Shown in pieces: positions 12,868 to 24,694 of a DNA stretch of 64,000 nucleotides. A program made the position numbers and the translations under genes. Origin of the DNA: Eledone cirrhosa. Lineage: Eukaryota. The notes beneath the pieces were generated by a model. It saw nothing but the letters and a program-made list of their open reading frames with translations. It did no database searches and had not been told where the DNA came from. Location of the stretch: NCBI GenBank assembly GCA_964016885.1, contig OZ024745.1, positions 81,220,001 to 81,284,000 on the forward strand. The letters run 5' to 3'. Positions within the stretch are counted from its first letter, which is position 1; every line of letters starts with the position of its first letter.

Positions 12868-14729
12868 CTACAATGTAACAAAAACAATAACAGTTTATTG
12901 TTAAACATTAATACTCAATAGACAGTGCACATTTGATTGTAAGAAATATTAGATTTTTTCAGAAAAAGTATAATTTCAAATGTGGTCCATAAGTTATTAA
13001 TTACAATACCTTAAAAGGAATGGTGTGCTGTAAGAAAGGATAAAATAAGTAAATTACAGTATTTAATTTCCTAATCTCTATGTTCAAATTCTGCAGGTGT
13101 AAATTTTGTATTTCATTTACTTGTATTTCATTTACTTTGTATTTCATTTACTTGTTGACAAGGCAATTACTTCGATCAAATAAATTTATAACTCATTTCC
13201 CAAACACATTTGTAACCCTTTGCTATTGTTAAGAAATCATCTCAAAAGTAATGGAAACAGCAATTAACAACAACTTTCTTCATCTTTCTTCCTTGGATCT
13301 CTCTCTTTAATGACAACCAGTATAGCTTTTGTAAAACCAGATCTTCTAGACACCCACTCTCCTAAATGGGCTGTCACCCTAAAAGAAATTAGTGAAAGCA
13401 GTGTTGTTGCCTTTAACATTAGGAAAGTATTTAACCATGTCAGGCAAAACTGCTCATCAATGAGCTTCTATCTCTTGTCTTTAGAGTCAGTGGTTTCCTG
13501 TCAAACTGTACTATCATGACATGTACTGATGGTGATGTCTCTGAACATATTCATTCCTACACACCCAAGTGTCATCCCCATGCAACCTAATCAACCTGCA
13601 CCAAGCCTTCACTGACTCAATGAACAAACCTCAAAATCATCCTCCAATAGAGACCATGCAAATCCTGCCTCCTTCAACAGCACAAAATGGGCAACCCTTA
13701 ATCGTGCCAAGGAAACATTATCATACTCCAGCTGAATGTGAACATCTTGAATACAGAGCTAAAATTATTAAGGTCCCTACAAATTATTAAGGTCCCTACA
13801 AATACTTGACCTTACCATCCTGGTAAATACATATTCTTAACATAACAAACACTGTGTCACAAAGACTGACATTTTTCTTGTTTGTGTTAGCTGGTTTCAA
13901 GTTACATCCATTAAGGTACTCCTAACTCAACTGTCATACGTCCCCTCATCTTCATATTGCATCCATGATTCCACCCTCGGACTAACCACTATTTTCAGAG
14001 CATAGTTCTCTGGAATGCTCTCTTTGTACATATTTTTTTCTGCAGCTATTGTGTAACAGTTCAATAAGAATATTAGCTTGGTTGATTGATCTCAGTGGTC
14101 TTGTAGGCCATGGACACAGTCTCTGTCATCAGACTACTACAATTAAAATAAAATTAGGATACTTTGTATTTCTGAGTTCAAATGAAAAAAATAAATATCT
14201 TTTTTTGTCTTGTAGTGAAGTAGGCAGATTGGAAGAATCAGCAGAGCAACAAACAGATAAAAAAAAATCTTGTAGAATTTAGTTATGTGACCTTACATTG
14301 TGATTTCAAATCATGCCAAGGTTAACTTAAGCTTTTATTCTTCTAAGGTTGATAAAATAAGCTGAGTATTAGGTATCATCTATCTACATGTAAACACCTA
14401 CCAAATACTACTGATAGAAATCAATATTTATGTTCTGCAAGCTTGAATTAAGCCATAAGTTCAGCTTGCATAATTTGCCATGTTTTAGTCAACTCCATTG
14501 ATAAAACACATAAAACTTACAAGTCTAATGCAGTTTCTCTCTTTGTTTCTTCCTAACAATTATGGTTCTTCTGAATCCAGTATCTCTGTTTTGATACAAT
14601 GCAACATCACAATTCAGGTACAAGTGTCATACATTCTACCATTACCTTGAAGAGCTATTACCTCCCTTTCTTGCAAGGGAGGTAATCTGTTCAATTCTGT
14701 TTTACTCTGGCTATTACATTTTTGGATTA

Positions 14730-15015
14730 GAATGTTTTACAGTATTCGTTTCGGATCTCTGAGCTCTGTATTCAAATTCCACTGAGGTCAACTTTGCCTT
14801 TCATCCTTTTGAGGTTGATAAAAAACTACCAGTCCAGTACTGGGGTCAATTCTTCTTCTATATCTGTTTCTCACTTCCTCTCTATCACTGTCACTCCTTC
14901 TGTAGAAGAAATCGGCTGAGTTTAGACTTGGAAAGGGAATGGGCTCCATCAGGTTTAAAAGCTCAAGAAACGTATGCCACTATGGCACTCCTACGACTCC
15001 ACTAGGAGTTACAGG
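14730..15015 (+). mobile_element. Nin-domain SINE with alternative tail
   Basis: ttcaaattccactgaggtcaactttgcctttcatccttttgaggttgataaaaa. Confidence 0.7.
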
Positions 15016-15229
15016 TCCATACATACATTATATTTTTGGAGTATCCACCTCCACAGCTTATTAGGTTGATTATCTATCATCAACTATTGACGGGAAGTCT
15101 CTCTTTCCTTCTAACCTGCCTTGTTATTTCACTAAACCTTGTTCATCCATAATTTATATTGAGTACACCATATGGAATCCTTCCTACCTACTCTTTTACA
15201 ACATTTTGAGCATGACCCCTTTTCAGATG

Positions 15230-16620
15230 GTAGTAGAAGTGTGTCTACTTTCTTGTTAACTAAAACTTTTGTCTTTGCTATATATATACTTTGGGGCTTC
15301 TAGATTACGGGCTTTGCTTCCATGTTTGGAGATTCTTCTCTAAATCATTGATAACTTCAACTAAGTCATTGACATAAAGGAGTTCTTATGGACAGTCAGT
15401 CTTAAATTTTCCTGTTACGATCAGGAGAATGTAATAAACAAGGGGGGACTGACAACTGAGCCTTGATAAACACCTACATCATAATCATACCCATTCTACA
15501 TGTTTTTCCATTCTTCCATAGGTTGGATATGTCTTTTCCAGAACAGCAACTCTCCTCTTATCGCAATCCTTTGTCATCTCCTCTGTGAACTTCAGGGGTT
15601 TGAGATCAGCTCTCACAATCTTTGCCAACGTATTTACACGAGGTGTCTTGATTTGATTTAAACCTAATGGTCTGTCTCTCAAGTTCCATTTAGATGTTTT
15701 GTGTTTACATAAAATAACCTTTGACGATAAAACTCAAGTTGGAAATGACAAAATGGTTGAAGAGTATCGGTGAATGAATGTATAGTTATCAGGTGTAAAA
15801 CATATTCTTTCTTTTATGTGGTTCCAAATGTAAATGTGGACATAGTGAATGCAATGTCTCAAATGTATTAGTAGTATTCTATTGTAAAGTGAAGTTGTCC
15901 TTCTATGAAATCAGTCTGTGATCAGAGCTGGGATGTTTTTCTGGTCCTATAAAGGAAACTCAGTCATGATGCTGCACGTCTGGTTATATGTCATATATAC
16001 AGTTGACATGCAAGGTGATCTAATTAGCAGTGTAGGAGGGTGCTCTGTGAGAATAGTAGCTAGAATAAGGACAGGATGGAAGAAGATTAGGGAGCTATTA
16101 CCTTTGTTTTCAACAAAAGGTTTCTCCCTACAAATTAAAGGCTGGCTGTGTGATGCCTGTGTGTGATGTGCAATGCTGAATGGTAATGGGACTTGAGAAT
16201 TGAATGCAGAGAATATGCAAAGGGTGGAGATAAATGAAGAAAGCATGCTTTGATGGATGTGCAGTGTTAATGTGTGTGGATGATAAAGCATGGATGAACT
16301 GAAAGAGAAACTGGGTATAAGAAGAATCAGATGTAGTATGCAGGAGAGAAGTCTGTGCTGGTATGGGCATGTGATGCATATGGATGATGATTGTTGAGTG
16401 CATAAATGCCAAGAATTTCCAGTGGAAGGAAGCCAGTGCAGAAAAAAACTGAGGAAGGCCTGGGTGGAAATTGTTAGAGCTGATCTCAAATCACTGAAGC
16501 TCACAGAGGAGATGACAAAGGAATGTGATGAGTGAAGAGATGATCTGCTGAAAAAGACCTGTCCAACCCATGCAAGCATAGAAAAGTGAAAGTAAAATGA
16601 TGATAATGAAATGATGATAC
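15230..16620. mobile_element. RTE remnants (minus-strand pieces 15230-15640; plus-strand 3' fragment ~15960-16620)
   Basis: RIRTGWKKIRELLPL...KGFSL and tail cccatgcaagcatagaaaagt..taaaatga. Minus strand reads IVRADLKPLKFTEEMTKD. Confidence 0.75.
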
Positions 16621-17199
16621 AAAGTTATTAAAGATTGTATAGTCCAAGGAATTATAGTGTGTAATGGTTTGGATAGAGTCTTGTTCATAAATTGTTAGGG
16701 GGCTTTATGGATATGCTTTGTTGAGATGAGGGGTATTGTGTTTAAATAATATTGAAAAAAATGTAGCCATCATACAGCCATACAATATTGCTGCAAACAG
16801 GGCAAGACTCCAAACATGATCTATCTAGGTCAATGAGATTGAGAAGTTGAGTAAACCCAATAAAGTCTTGTACAGTAAAATACAAGAACTTCTCAAGATA
16901 TGACCATTAATAATTCTGCAAGCACACATGCATTTTTTTCTTGGCATTTATTATGCATCAGCAATTTAATTTAAATATTCTTATATCTGCACTTATGCAT
17001 ATCTTCAAACAGAATCATCATCATATATCCACTGTAACTAAATGCTTAATGGGTATGGTATTTGCAGTATGGCCCTCAGCCAGAGGGAGACAGTATAACT
17101 GGAAACATGGATCTTTACATGGTACCTCATCATTGAGGTGACTACCTGGGAAGATGAGATTTTTATATGGTACCTCATCAGTTAGGTGATTACCCAGGA

Positions 17200-17249
<50 letters not shown>

Positions 17250-17378
17250 ATGTGCATGAATATGTGTGTGTGTGTATGTGTTTCTTTTGTTTGAAATCTG
17301 TTTGTAAAACATTGGAAGGTAAGGAAAGTTTTATGGCATCAACTTTGTCATTCCTCTTCAATAAGATATGATATATAT

Positions 17379-17657
17379 GGAGGCACATGGCTTAGTGGTT
17401 AGAGCATTGGCCTTGCAATCGAAAGGTTGTGAGTTCAATTCTCAGACAGGGTGATGTGTTGTTTCCTTGAGCAAGACACTTTATTTCACATTGCTCCAGT
17501 TTACTCAGCTGTAGAAATGGAGGTGCCACGGCAAAAAAGCACCCAGCTCTCACTGTAAATGAAGTTGGTGTTAGGAAGGGCATCCAGCTGTAGAAATCAA
17601 GCCAGAATCAGTTCCTATCCCACCCTTGCAAGTAGGGAAAAGCGGACGTAAAAAAAA
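17379..17657 (+). mobile_element. SINE family A (internal deletion)
   Basis: Near-identical to 6641-6974. Confidence 0.9.
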
Positions 17658-17973
17658 ATATATATATAATATGAAATAACAAAAAGTGTGAAGTAAAAAA
17701 ATAAGAAAAAGTGAATTAGTCTTAATTTCTCTACATATTATTAATAAAAAATCTATCAGAATCTATTTTCTCAGCTAACAAGTCCTGTTTTAAAAATTCA
17801 GAGTAGTTACTACAGTTGAAAAAAGATGAGTTACTTTTTATTTTCACAGGAGTCCAACCCAGTAACTGGAAGTATTTCTCTGTATCTTATCCCTTAACTC
17901 ACCATAATTAGAAATTAATGTCAATAAAAGGTAAAAATAATTATAAAATGATTATGGATACTGTTGTACTTAC

Positions 17974-18188
17974 AAATTCTTTGTACTCTTGTATATATAT
18001 ATGTTTTTTGCAACTCGTTCTGGAATCATGCGAGTATCAAAGAAAATTTCAGGTCGATCTTTGCTCAGCCTTTTTCCATTATGATTTGGTGTTTTGTAAG
18101 AATAACCATGTTCAAGAAGAGTCAATAAAGTGAAAAAGCCAACTATTGAGTAAGTGTAATCGATTTTGTTTCGTATTTCCATCATCAT
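17974..18188 (-). CDS. NDNF: NDNF-like protein, first coding exon (signal peptide + N-terminus)
   Basis: Acceptor ttgcattttag|G, then ATG ATG ATG GAA. Encodes MMMEIRNKIDYTYSIVGFFTLLTLLEHGYS (hydrophobic signal-like) ...FFDTRMIPERVAKNIYIYKSTKN, resembling vertebrate NDNF FFHDSSVIPDGAEISSYLFRDTPK. Donor TT|gtaagt (phase 2), 215 nt. Confidence 0.85.
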
Positions 18189-18364
18189 CCTAAAATGCAA
18201 AAAGAATGAATCTATGTTAAAAATATCATATTGGGGGGGGGGGGGGATTTTATATCTAATATTTCATATCTATAAAGACACTTATCTTTTTTGTCTTTTA
18301 TAACACATCTGCATACTGTAATCCATTGGGTTAAGAAAGTATCATTAAAGAGTTTGCTATCATA

Positions 18365-18682
18365 CTGGCACTCCATCAGTTATGACAATGAATGTTCCAG
18401 TTAATTTGATCAATGGAACAGCCTGTTCATGAAATTAACATGCAAGTGGCTGAGCATTCTACAGACACGTGTACCCTTAATGTAGTTCTCAAGGAGATTC
18501 AGCATGACACAGGGTGTGACAAGGGTGACCCTTCGAATTACAGGTACAACTCATTTTTGATAGATGAATGGATTGGAGCAAGGGGAAATAAAGTGTTTTG
18601 CTCAAGGACACAACATGCCGCAGAAATTGAACTCATGACTTTACTATTGTGAGCCAAATACTTTAACCACTAGGCCACGTGC
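18365..18682 (-). mobile_element. tRNA-derived SINE family C (same CORE-like body, different tail)
   Basis: Minus strand gcacgtggcctagtggttaaag...gagttcaatt...gtgtccttgagcaaaacactttattt. Confidence 0.75.
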
Positions 18683-18781
18683 AGTGCTGGACTTACCTAT
18701 ATGCTAAATAAGCTATAGCTTAGAGCCATACACTTTCAGGGGCTTCACTTAAAAAAAAATTATTTTATCATTAGATTTTGT

Positions 18782-19060
18782 TGAGACCCAAGAAGACCTG
18801 GGACGAGGTGATAAAAGCAGACCTTGCCCAATTGCACATCTCAACGGCGATGACACAGGACCGTGACCTTAGGCGTCACGCAGTAATACAGATGACTCGA
18901 CTTCCCACGGGGACAAGCTGAAGCATATAGACAATATGCCCCCATCCCCTCCCACTGCAAAGTGGTCATAGAGGTGTCATGACAAAAAAGCACCCAGACC
19001 ACACTGTGAAGTGGATGTGTAAGTGCCATGGAAAAAAAGCACCCACAAAAAAAAAAAAAG
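18782..19060 (+). mobile_element. short RTE 3'-end fragment
   Basis: [14 protein letters not shown] coding remnant plus aaaaaagcaccc tail units. Confidence 0.8.
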
Positions 19061-19455
19061 TGTAATTCAACAGCTTAAAATTAACTTCATTTATTCATAT
19101 TCACTGTTATACATATTTCCATGATAACCATTATGCAACAGCTATGACCTCATCAGACAGCTAGAATTTGAACAGAAAAACATAACAATGGAATAAAGCT
19201 TACTTCTGTTATTTCAAAACACCGGTCACATACACACATACACACACACACACACATATATATATACTCTTTTACCTGTTCCAGCTATCCGGCTGAGGCC
19301 ATGCTGGGGCACCGCACTTGTAAAATGGTTGCATCGACTGGGAATATATATATATATAAATAAAAACAAAATTTGTTTTCGCTCTTAACGCGGTAGATAC
19401 CTAAATGTATTCGTGAGTGAATAATAATATCATAATATTATTAATATTCAGTTTG

Positions 19456-19660
19456 GCGTTCAGTTCAGGGTGGTGGATTGGCAGTATCGGTGGAGAGTCG
19501 GACACCATGCTTTGAAGCATAGAGTTACGTCCCTTTACGGTCTGAGTTCAAATCCCGCCGAAGTTAACTTTGCCTTTCATCCTTACGGGGTCGATAAAAT
19601 AAAGTACCAGTAATACACTGGTTAATTGCTGGCCTTGTGCCAAAAGTAGAAACAATTATT
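19456..19660 (+). mobile_element. Nin-domain SINE with 19-bp target-site duplication
   Basis: Full family-B copy; ATTATTAATATTCAGTTTG at both 19437-19455 and 19655-19673. Confidence 0.9.
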
Positions 19661-20789
19661 AATATTCAGTTTGTTTACAAGTAAACAGCCTCATAAAACA
19701 CCATGTGGTAGATGACAACGTCATCCTTTTGTTCCAGCGGTAGCTGAGGGAAAACAATTGACAGTTTAGGTATCCACCACATTAACAGTGAAAACAAATT
19801 TTATTTTTTTTATTTTTGGCAAAGCTAGCCGTAATATGCATGCAAGCTTCATTTCTTTCCAATCTCCATAGAACCTCGGCACACTGTGCCCATGTTTCAC
19901 TTCCATGAATCATTTCTATGCACACACAGGCATTGTACAGCTTGCCTTTTATCTTGAGTGAGAGACCTTATACAGGAAATAAATTTGTTCAAATGTTTGG
20001 AATGTTTCCTAGATATTGTTGATAGATTTTGTTAACTAAGTGACTTAATAAACAGCGAAGGTGGGTGTTTCAGAACAACAGTTGCCAAAATAAACAAAAG
20101 TCGAACATCATCATCATCATCATCATCGGGTGACCGTGTCTCGCTCGTATAAGACTGTTTCTGGCTGGTTTTCTATGGCTGGATGCCCTTCCTAACGCCA
20201 ACCACATTTACAGTGTGTGCTGGGTGCTTTTTGCCGTGTCTCCTACATGACCACTTTACAGTGTGGGTTGGGTGCTTTTTGTTGTGACACCTACATGACC
20301 ACTTTTCAGTGTGGGCTGTATGAAAAAATAAATATGAAAAAAAATCAGGGAGCTATTATCACTGCTGACAACCAAAGGTTTTTCTCTTATCAGTAAAAAT
20401 AGATTGTATGGTGTTTGTATATAAAATGCAAAGATGTATGGTAACGGGAAGTAAGCCTTGAATGCAGATTTGCAAAGGCTGGAATGAATTGAAATGAGCA
20501 TGCTCTGCTGCATGTGTAATGTTAGTATTCATGCACAATGAAGCAAAGATGGGCTGAGAGAAAAACTGGGTGCAATAGAAATTAGATGTAGTCTGTAAGA
20601 CAGAAGACAGGTATGTGGTTTGTATGGGAGGATATCAATGGTATAACTTTCCAAGTTCTCAAAGTTGGTGGAGTCAGTTGAAGAAAACAAGAAAACACAA
20701 GAAGAAATTGTTTAAAAGTGATTTCAAGAAGCTTAACATCATGAAACAGATAAATAGCTGTGATGAATGGTGATATGATGTGAAAGAGA

Positions 20790-21910
20790 AGATTTATTAA
20801 CCAACTGCTGTGATGGCTAAAGTAGAACATGTGGTCACAGCTAACAAGGTCATTAGAAAAATAAAATCTGAAAAGGTGTTTCTGAAATTTCAGCATGTAG
20901 GAACAGAACCTACTTTTGTCTACATTGATGCCTATTTCTGGAATCTATCTGATGGAGCTACGCAAGGAGGACATATGATCTTTCTCACTGGAGAAAGTGG
21001 TAAAGTGTTACCTTTTTGTTGAAACTCAAAGGAAATATGTTGTGTTGTATGCAGCACACTTGGTGATGAAACTCTGGTAATGGCTGATGGAATTGGCATG
21101 GGTGCCTTTCTGTCAACATTATTTGGAGAATCAAATCCCGCCAAGGTTAACTTTGCCTTTCATCCTTACGGGGTCGATAAAATAAAGTATCAGTAATGTA
21201 CTGGTTAATTGCTGGCCTTGTGCCAAAAGTAGAAACAATTATTTGGAGAATTGAGTAGACAACAAAATCCAGCAGTTTTGTGTATCATAGGCTGTCACAC
21301 CTTGTATGGTGCAGTACACTCTAATAAATCAGTGACTGAGAAGAGATTGTGGTTGGAGATCAATGGAATCAAGGAAATGGTGGAGAACAGACTTGTCCAA
21401 ACTGTACAGTGGATAAACACAGAACAACAGTTAGTAGACTGTTTGACAAAAGAAAATGGGGCTTCACCAATAAGACTATTGAAAGTTCTTGAACAAGGGA
21501 TTCAGTAGAGTTTAAAGAACTGTTTTAAAGTTTTCTGTTTAGGTTTTTCATTTTGAACTTTAATAGTTTATGTTGACATATATATAGGTTTTAATAATTC
21601 TGAAACTTTCAAAGAAAGGGGAGATTGTTAACATGGTATAATGTCTCAGTTGGACTTGTACATTACGATGTTTTGAAGGCACATAACTGCACATTATTGT
21701 AGCTGCACATGTGCAGTTTATGGAGGAAGGGGGTTACCGGATGTTTTGACTGTTGGTGATATAAAAAGGGGAGTTGGATTACAGACAGCAAAAGTATTGA
21801 GTAGTAATCTTTTCAACACACACATGTGTGTGTACATATATGCTATATGTTGTATCTAGTGTAAACTATGGCTGAACAAGAAGTGTTTTGGTATCACAGA
21901 CAGGCTAACA
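20790..21910 (+). mobile_element. Ty1/copia (GalEa-like) LTR retrotransposon 3' remnant: RNase H, PPT, 3' LTR
   Basis: RNase H-like YIDA...TQGGHMIFL...STLGDETL...EKRLWLEI...WI.TEQQLVDCLTK. Polypurine tract aaagaaaggggaga at 21611-21624. LTR TGTTA...TAACA at 21626-21910 with a TATAAAA box. Confidence 0.8.
21132..21240 (+). mobile_element. 5'-truncated Nin-SINE inserted into the copia RNase H
   Basis: 14-bp TSD ATTATTTGGAGAAT at 21118-21131 and 21238-21251. Confidence 0.9.
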
Positions 21911-22022
21911 GAGGAGGTAGATTTTCCTTTGTAGTAGATGCACTAAGAGTACACTTGAAATAAACTCTTTCAAATACTCAGAAGGCTTCCTTGTATATAT
22001 TTTACATTAATCCCACCACCCA

Positions 22023-22109
<87 letters not shown>

Positions 22110-22444
22110 GGATAACAAGTTATCGTTTTTTATTCATTGAAAATGGATGTAAGACAAAATAATCCTTGACATGATTTGAACGCAAGATAGTTATATTAAA
22201 ATCTATATAAGATTACAGTTATGGTCATATATATATCAATACCAAAGTAGAGTTTTAGTATTCATCTTATTAAGGCTAAATAGTGAGTCTGGTTACTCTG
22301 GAGTTTTGCCTGTTTATCACAGGGTCACCAGCACTACCATCTTACAGAGTAGATGGGGTGCTTTTTGTCATGGCACCAGTATTACCCCATTAGAACACTA
22401 GGGCATTCATTGTGTTCTTGGCTAGGGTGGCAAGTCAGTGATGC

Positions 22445-22501
22445 GAGTTCTTGTCTGATGACTCTGTGATAAACAGGCGAAACTCCAGAGTTACAAGACT
22501 C
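22445..22501 (+). ncRNA. type I minimal hammerhead ribozyme (Penelope pLTR-type)
   Basis: Stem I tcttgt/acaaga, CTGATGA at 22455-22461, stem II ctg..cag, GAAA at 22479-22482, stem III actc-ca-gagt, H17 = T22492. AATAAA at 22515. Inverted degenerate copy at 22260-22331. Confidence 0.75.
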
Positions 22502-22741
22502 ACTATTTAGCCTTAATAAAATGAATCATCATCAGCAACTAACGTCCATTTTCCATGCTTGCATGGGCCAGACATGTCGTCCGCATTGAGAGACAAGTTC
22601 GGCCAGAATTGGCCACACTGTACCTTGTTCTGATGGGACTGTAAATTTGGCCAGGGACTTTACAAACGCCAACCACATTTACAGTTGATGTGTATATATA
22701 TATATATATATTTGAATATGTGTATATATATATATATATAT

Positions 22742-23109
22742 ATATTTATTAAAATAACAGATTAAAGTTTAAGCAAAGAATCGCTGCTTTCACCCTTAAC
22801 GTCTCTACGAACCACCTAAGAGAACATTAGTCTACGACTTCTTTTATACCATAAACGTAGTCCTGTCTTTGTGTGTAATTGTTTTTCACCGCTCCTATTA
22901 ATGACGTATTATATTCGTTTTTTCCCGTTCTTTGCCAGGGAACGTTTCACGAACCAAAGTATCGTCTTCCTGTCTTCCTCCGGTTGCAACGTATTTTGAA
23001 ATATCCACTTCTGCGTTTACAGATTGACTTTGTTAGTTTCAGAAGATCCTGTTAAGGGTGAAAGCAGCGATTCTTTGCTTAAATTTTAATCTGTTATTTT
23101 AATAAATAT
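22742..23109. repeat. element with 59-bp inverted arms (22742-22800 / 23051-23109), degenerate hammerhead-like core
   Basis: Arms are near-perfect reverse complements; CAGAAGA-tcct-gtta-aggg-t-GAAA at 23040-23063; adjacent to (TA)n. Confidence 0.75.
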
Positions 23110-23189
23110 TTGCTCTACGGTTCTTATATATTTGATATATATTTATCCTTATCGAGTCCTCTTTGGATTTTAGTCTTCAAATTTATTAT

Positions 23190-23238
<49 letters not shown>

Positions 23239-23454
23239 TATGTGCCAGATGTGTAGCAGATGGACAGAAATATGATGGAATAAAGTTTTGATGAAATCAT
23301 TTATTATATTAAAGAAATTACCTGTTTGCTGGACTACCGATGACATGGTCATTAGTTCAGTTCTTGTAATAGCCATTATACAGTCTGACTGAATAAAAAC
23401 AAAATAATGATTTCAACAACAACAATAATAATAATTATAACAACAACAATAATA

Positions 23455-23830
23455 ATAATGATTTCTAGTATAGGCACAAGGCCACTAATTTTGGGGGGAA
23501 GTTGATTAAATTGACCCCAGTACGTTACTGGTGCTTTATTTTATTGACCCTGTAAGGATGAAAGGCAAAGTTGACTTTATTGGGATTTGAATTAAGAATG
23601 CAAAAGACCATAACCAAATGCTACAAGGCATTTTGTCTGATGCTCTAATGACTCTCTCAATCCATCACCCTAATGATTATTGTTTATAAAATTTGAATTG
23701 AAGGAGAAAGTTGATTAAAGCCACCCAATGGGTTACTGGTTCTTTATTTTATTGAGCCAGTAAGGATGAAAGGCAAAGCTAACTATGGCGGAATTTGAAC
23801 TCAGGACATAAAAGCATTTTATCTGATGTT
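23455..23830 (-). mobile_element. two decayed Nin-SINE copies
   Basis: gtaaggatgaaaggcaaag core twice. Confidence 0.75.
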
Positions 23831-23831
23831 C

Positions 23832-24690
23832 AATTGAGAAAAATCCTTACATGGCCAATACCCCAAGAAGCTAAATAGAAAGGAAGTAGACAAAGAAAAT
23901 ACACAAAACTGGCTCTGAAGCACTTGACTAAAAGCTGAGAGAGAAGGATTTCTAATTGCAACACAAGACTAAAGCCTACCCACCAGAAACTACCAGAAGT
24001 ATATAATGAAACAAAGCACAATAAGTAACTGTAGAATATGTGGAGATAGGGGAAATAATCAACCATATTGTTTCTGGATGCCCAGCTCTAGCTAAAAAAG
24101 GAATATATCCACAGGGATATTCATACACTGGAAGTTGGGACGATACCTTCATACAATGGAAGTTATGTCAGTATTATGAAATACCAACAGAAAAAAAGTT
24201 GGTATAAACACACACCAGAAAAAGTGTCAGATAATAACAAAGCAATCATTCTGTGATAAGCCAATGCATACAAACAGGGAGATCAAAGCCAACCAACCAG
24301 ATATTATAGTCAAAGATCACAAAGATCTAATAGATGTATCAATCCCCACAGATGACAATGTATCTTCCAAGGAAATAAAGAAACTCTTCAAATATATAGA
24401 AGATAGAAATAACTTGAATCTGGAAAATGAAAACAGAAACAATACTTATAATGATAGGTGCTCTGGGAATGATAAAAAAACACACAGACAAATGCATAAC
24501 CAAAACCCCAGGACTTACAAATATATACAGCATACAAAAAATAGCACTACTAGGCACTGCACATTACGAAAAATACTATCAATACAATAGAAACAACATC
24601 AGCAAAAACTACACTGGTGCACAGAGCTGTGCTCGGTAAAGCAGTAATAATGTGCAATAAAAATAATAATAGAAATAATATTAATAATAA
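23832..24690 (+). mobile_element. R4/Dong-like non-LTR retrotransposon 3' fragment (CCHC finger + REL endonuclease)
   Basis: EGFLIATQD, CRICG..NHIVSGCP, KWYKHTPEKV, ANQPDIIVKD, IDVSIP.D...KE..K; ends in (TAA)n. Confidence 0.8.
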
Positions 24691-24694
24691 TAAC

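Noticed and set aside
14520-14700. Extra NDNF exon (minus-strand gtaagt donor at ~14520)
   Set aside because: The frame checked has a stop, there is no NDNF similarity, and the flanking exons already join in phase.
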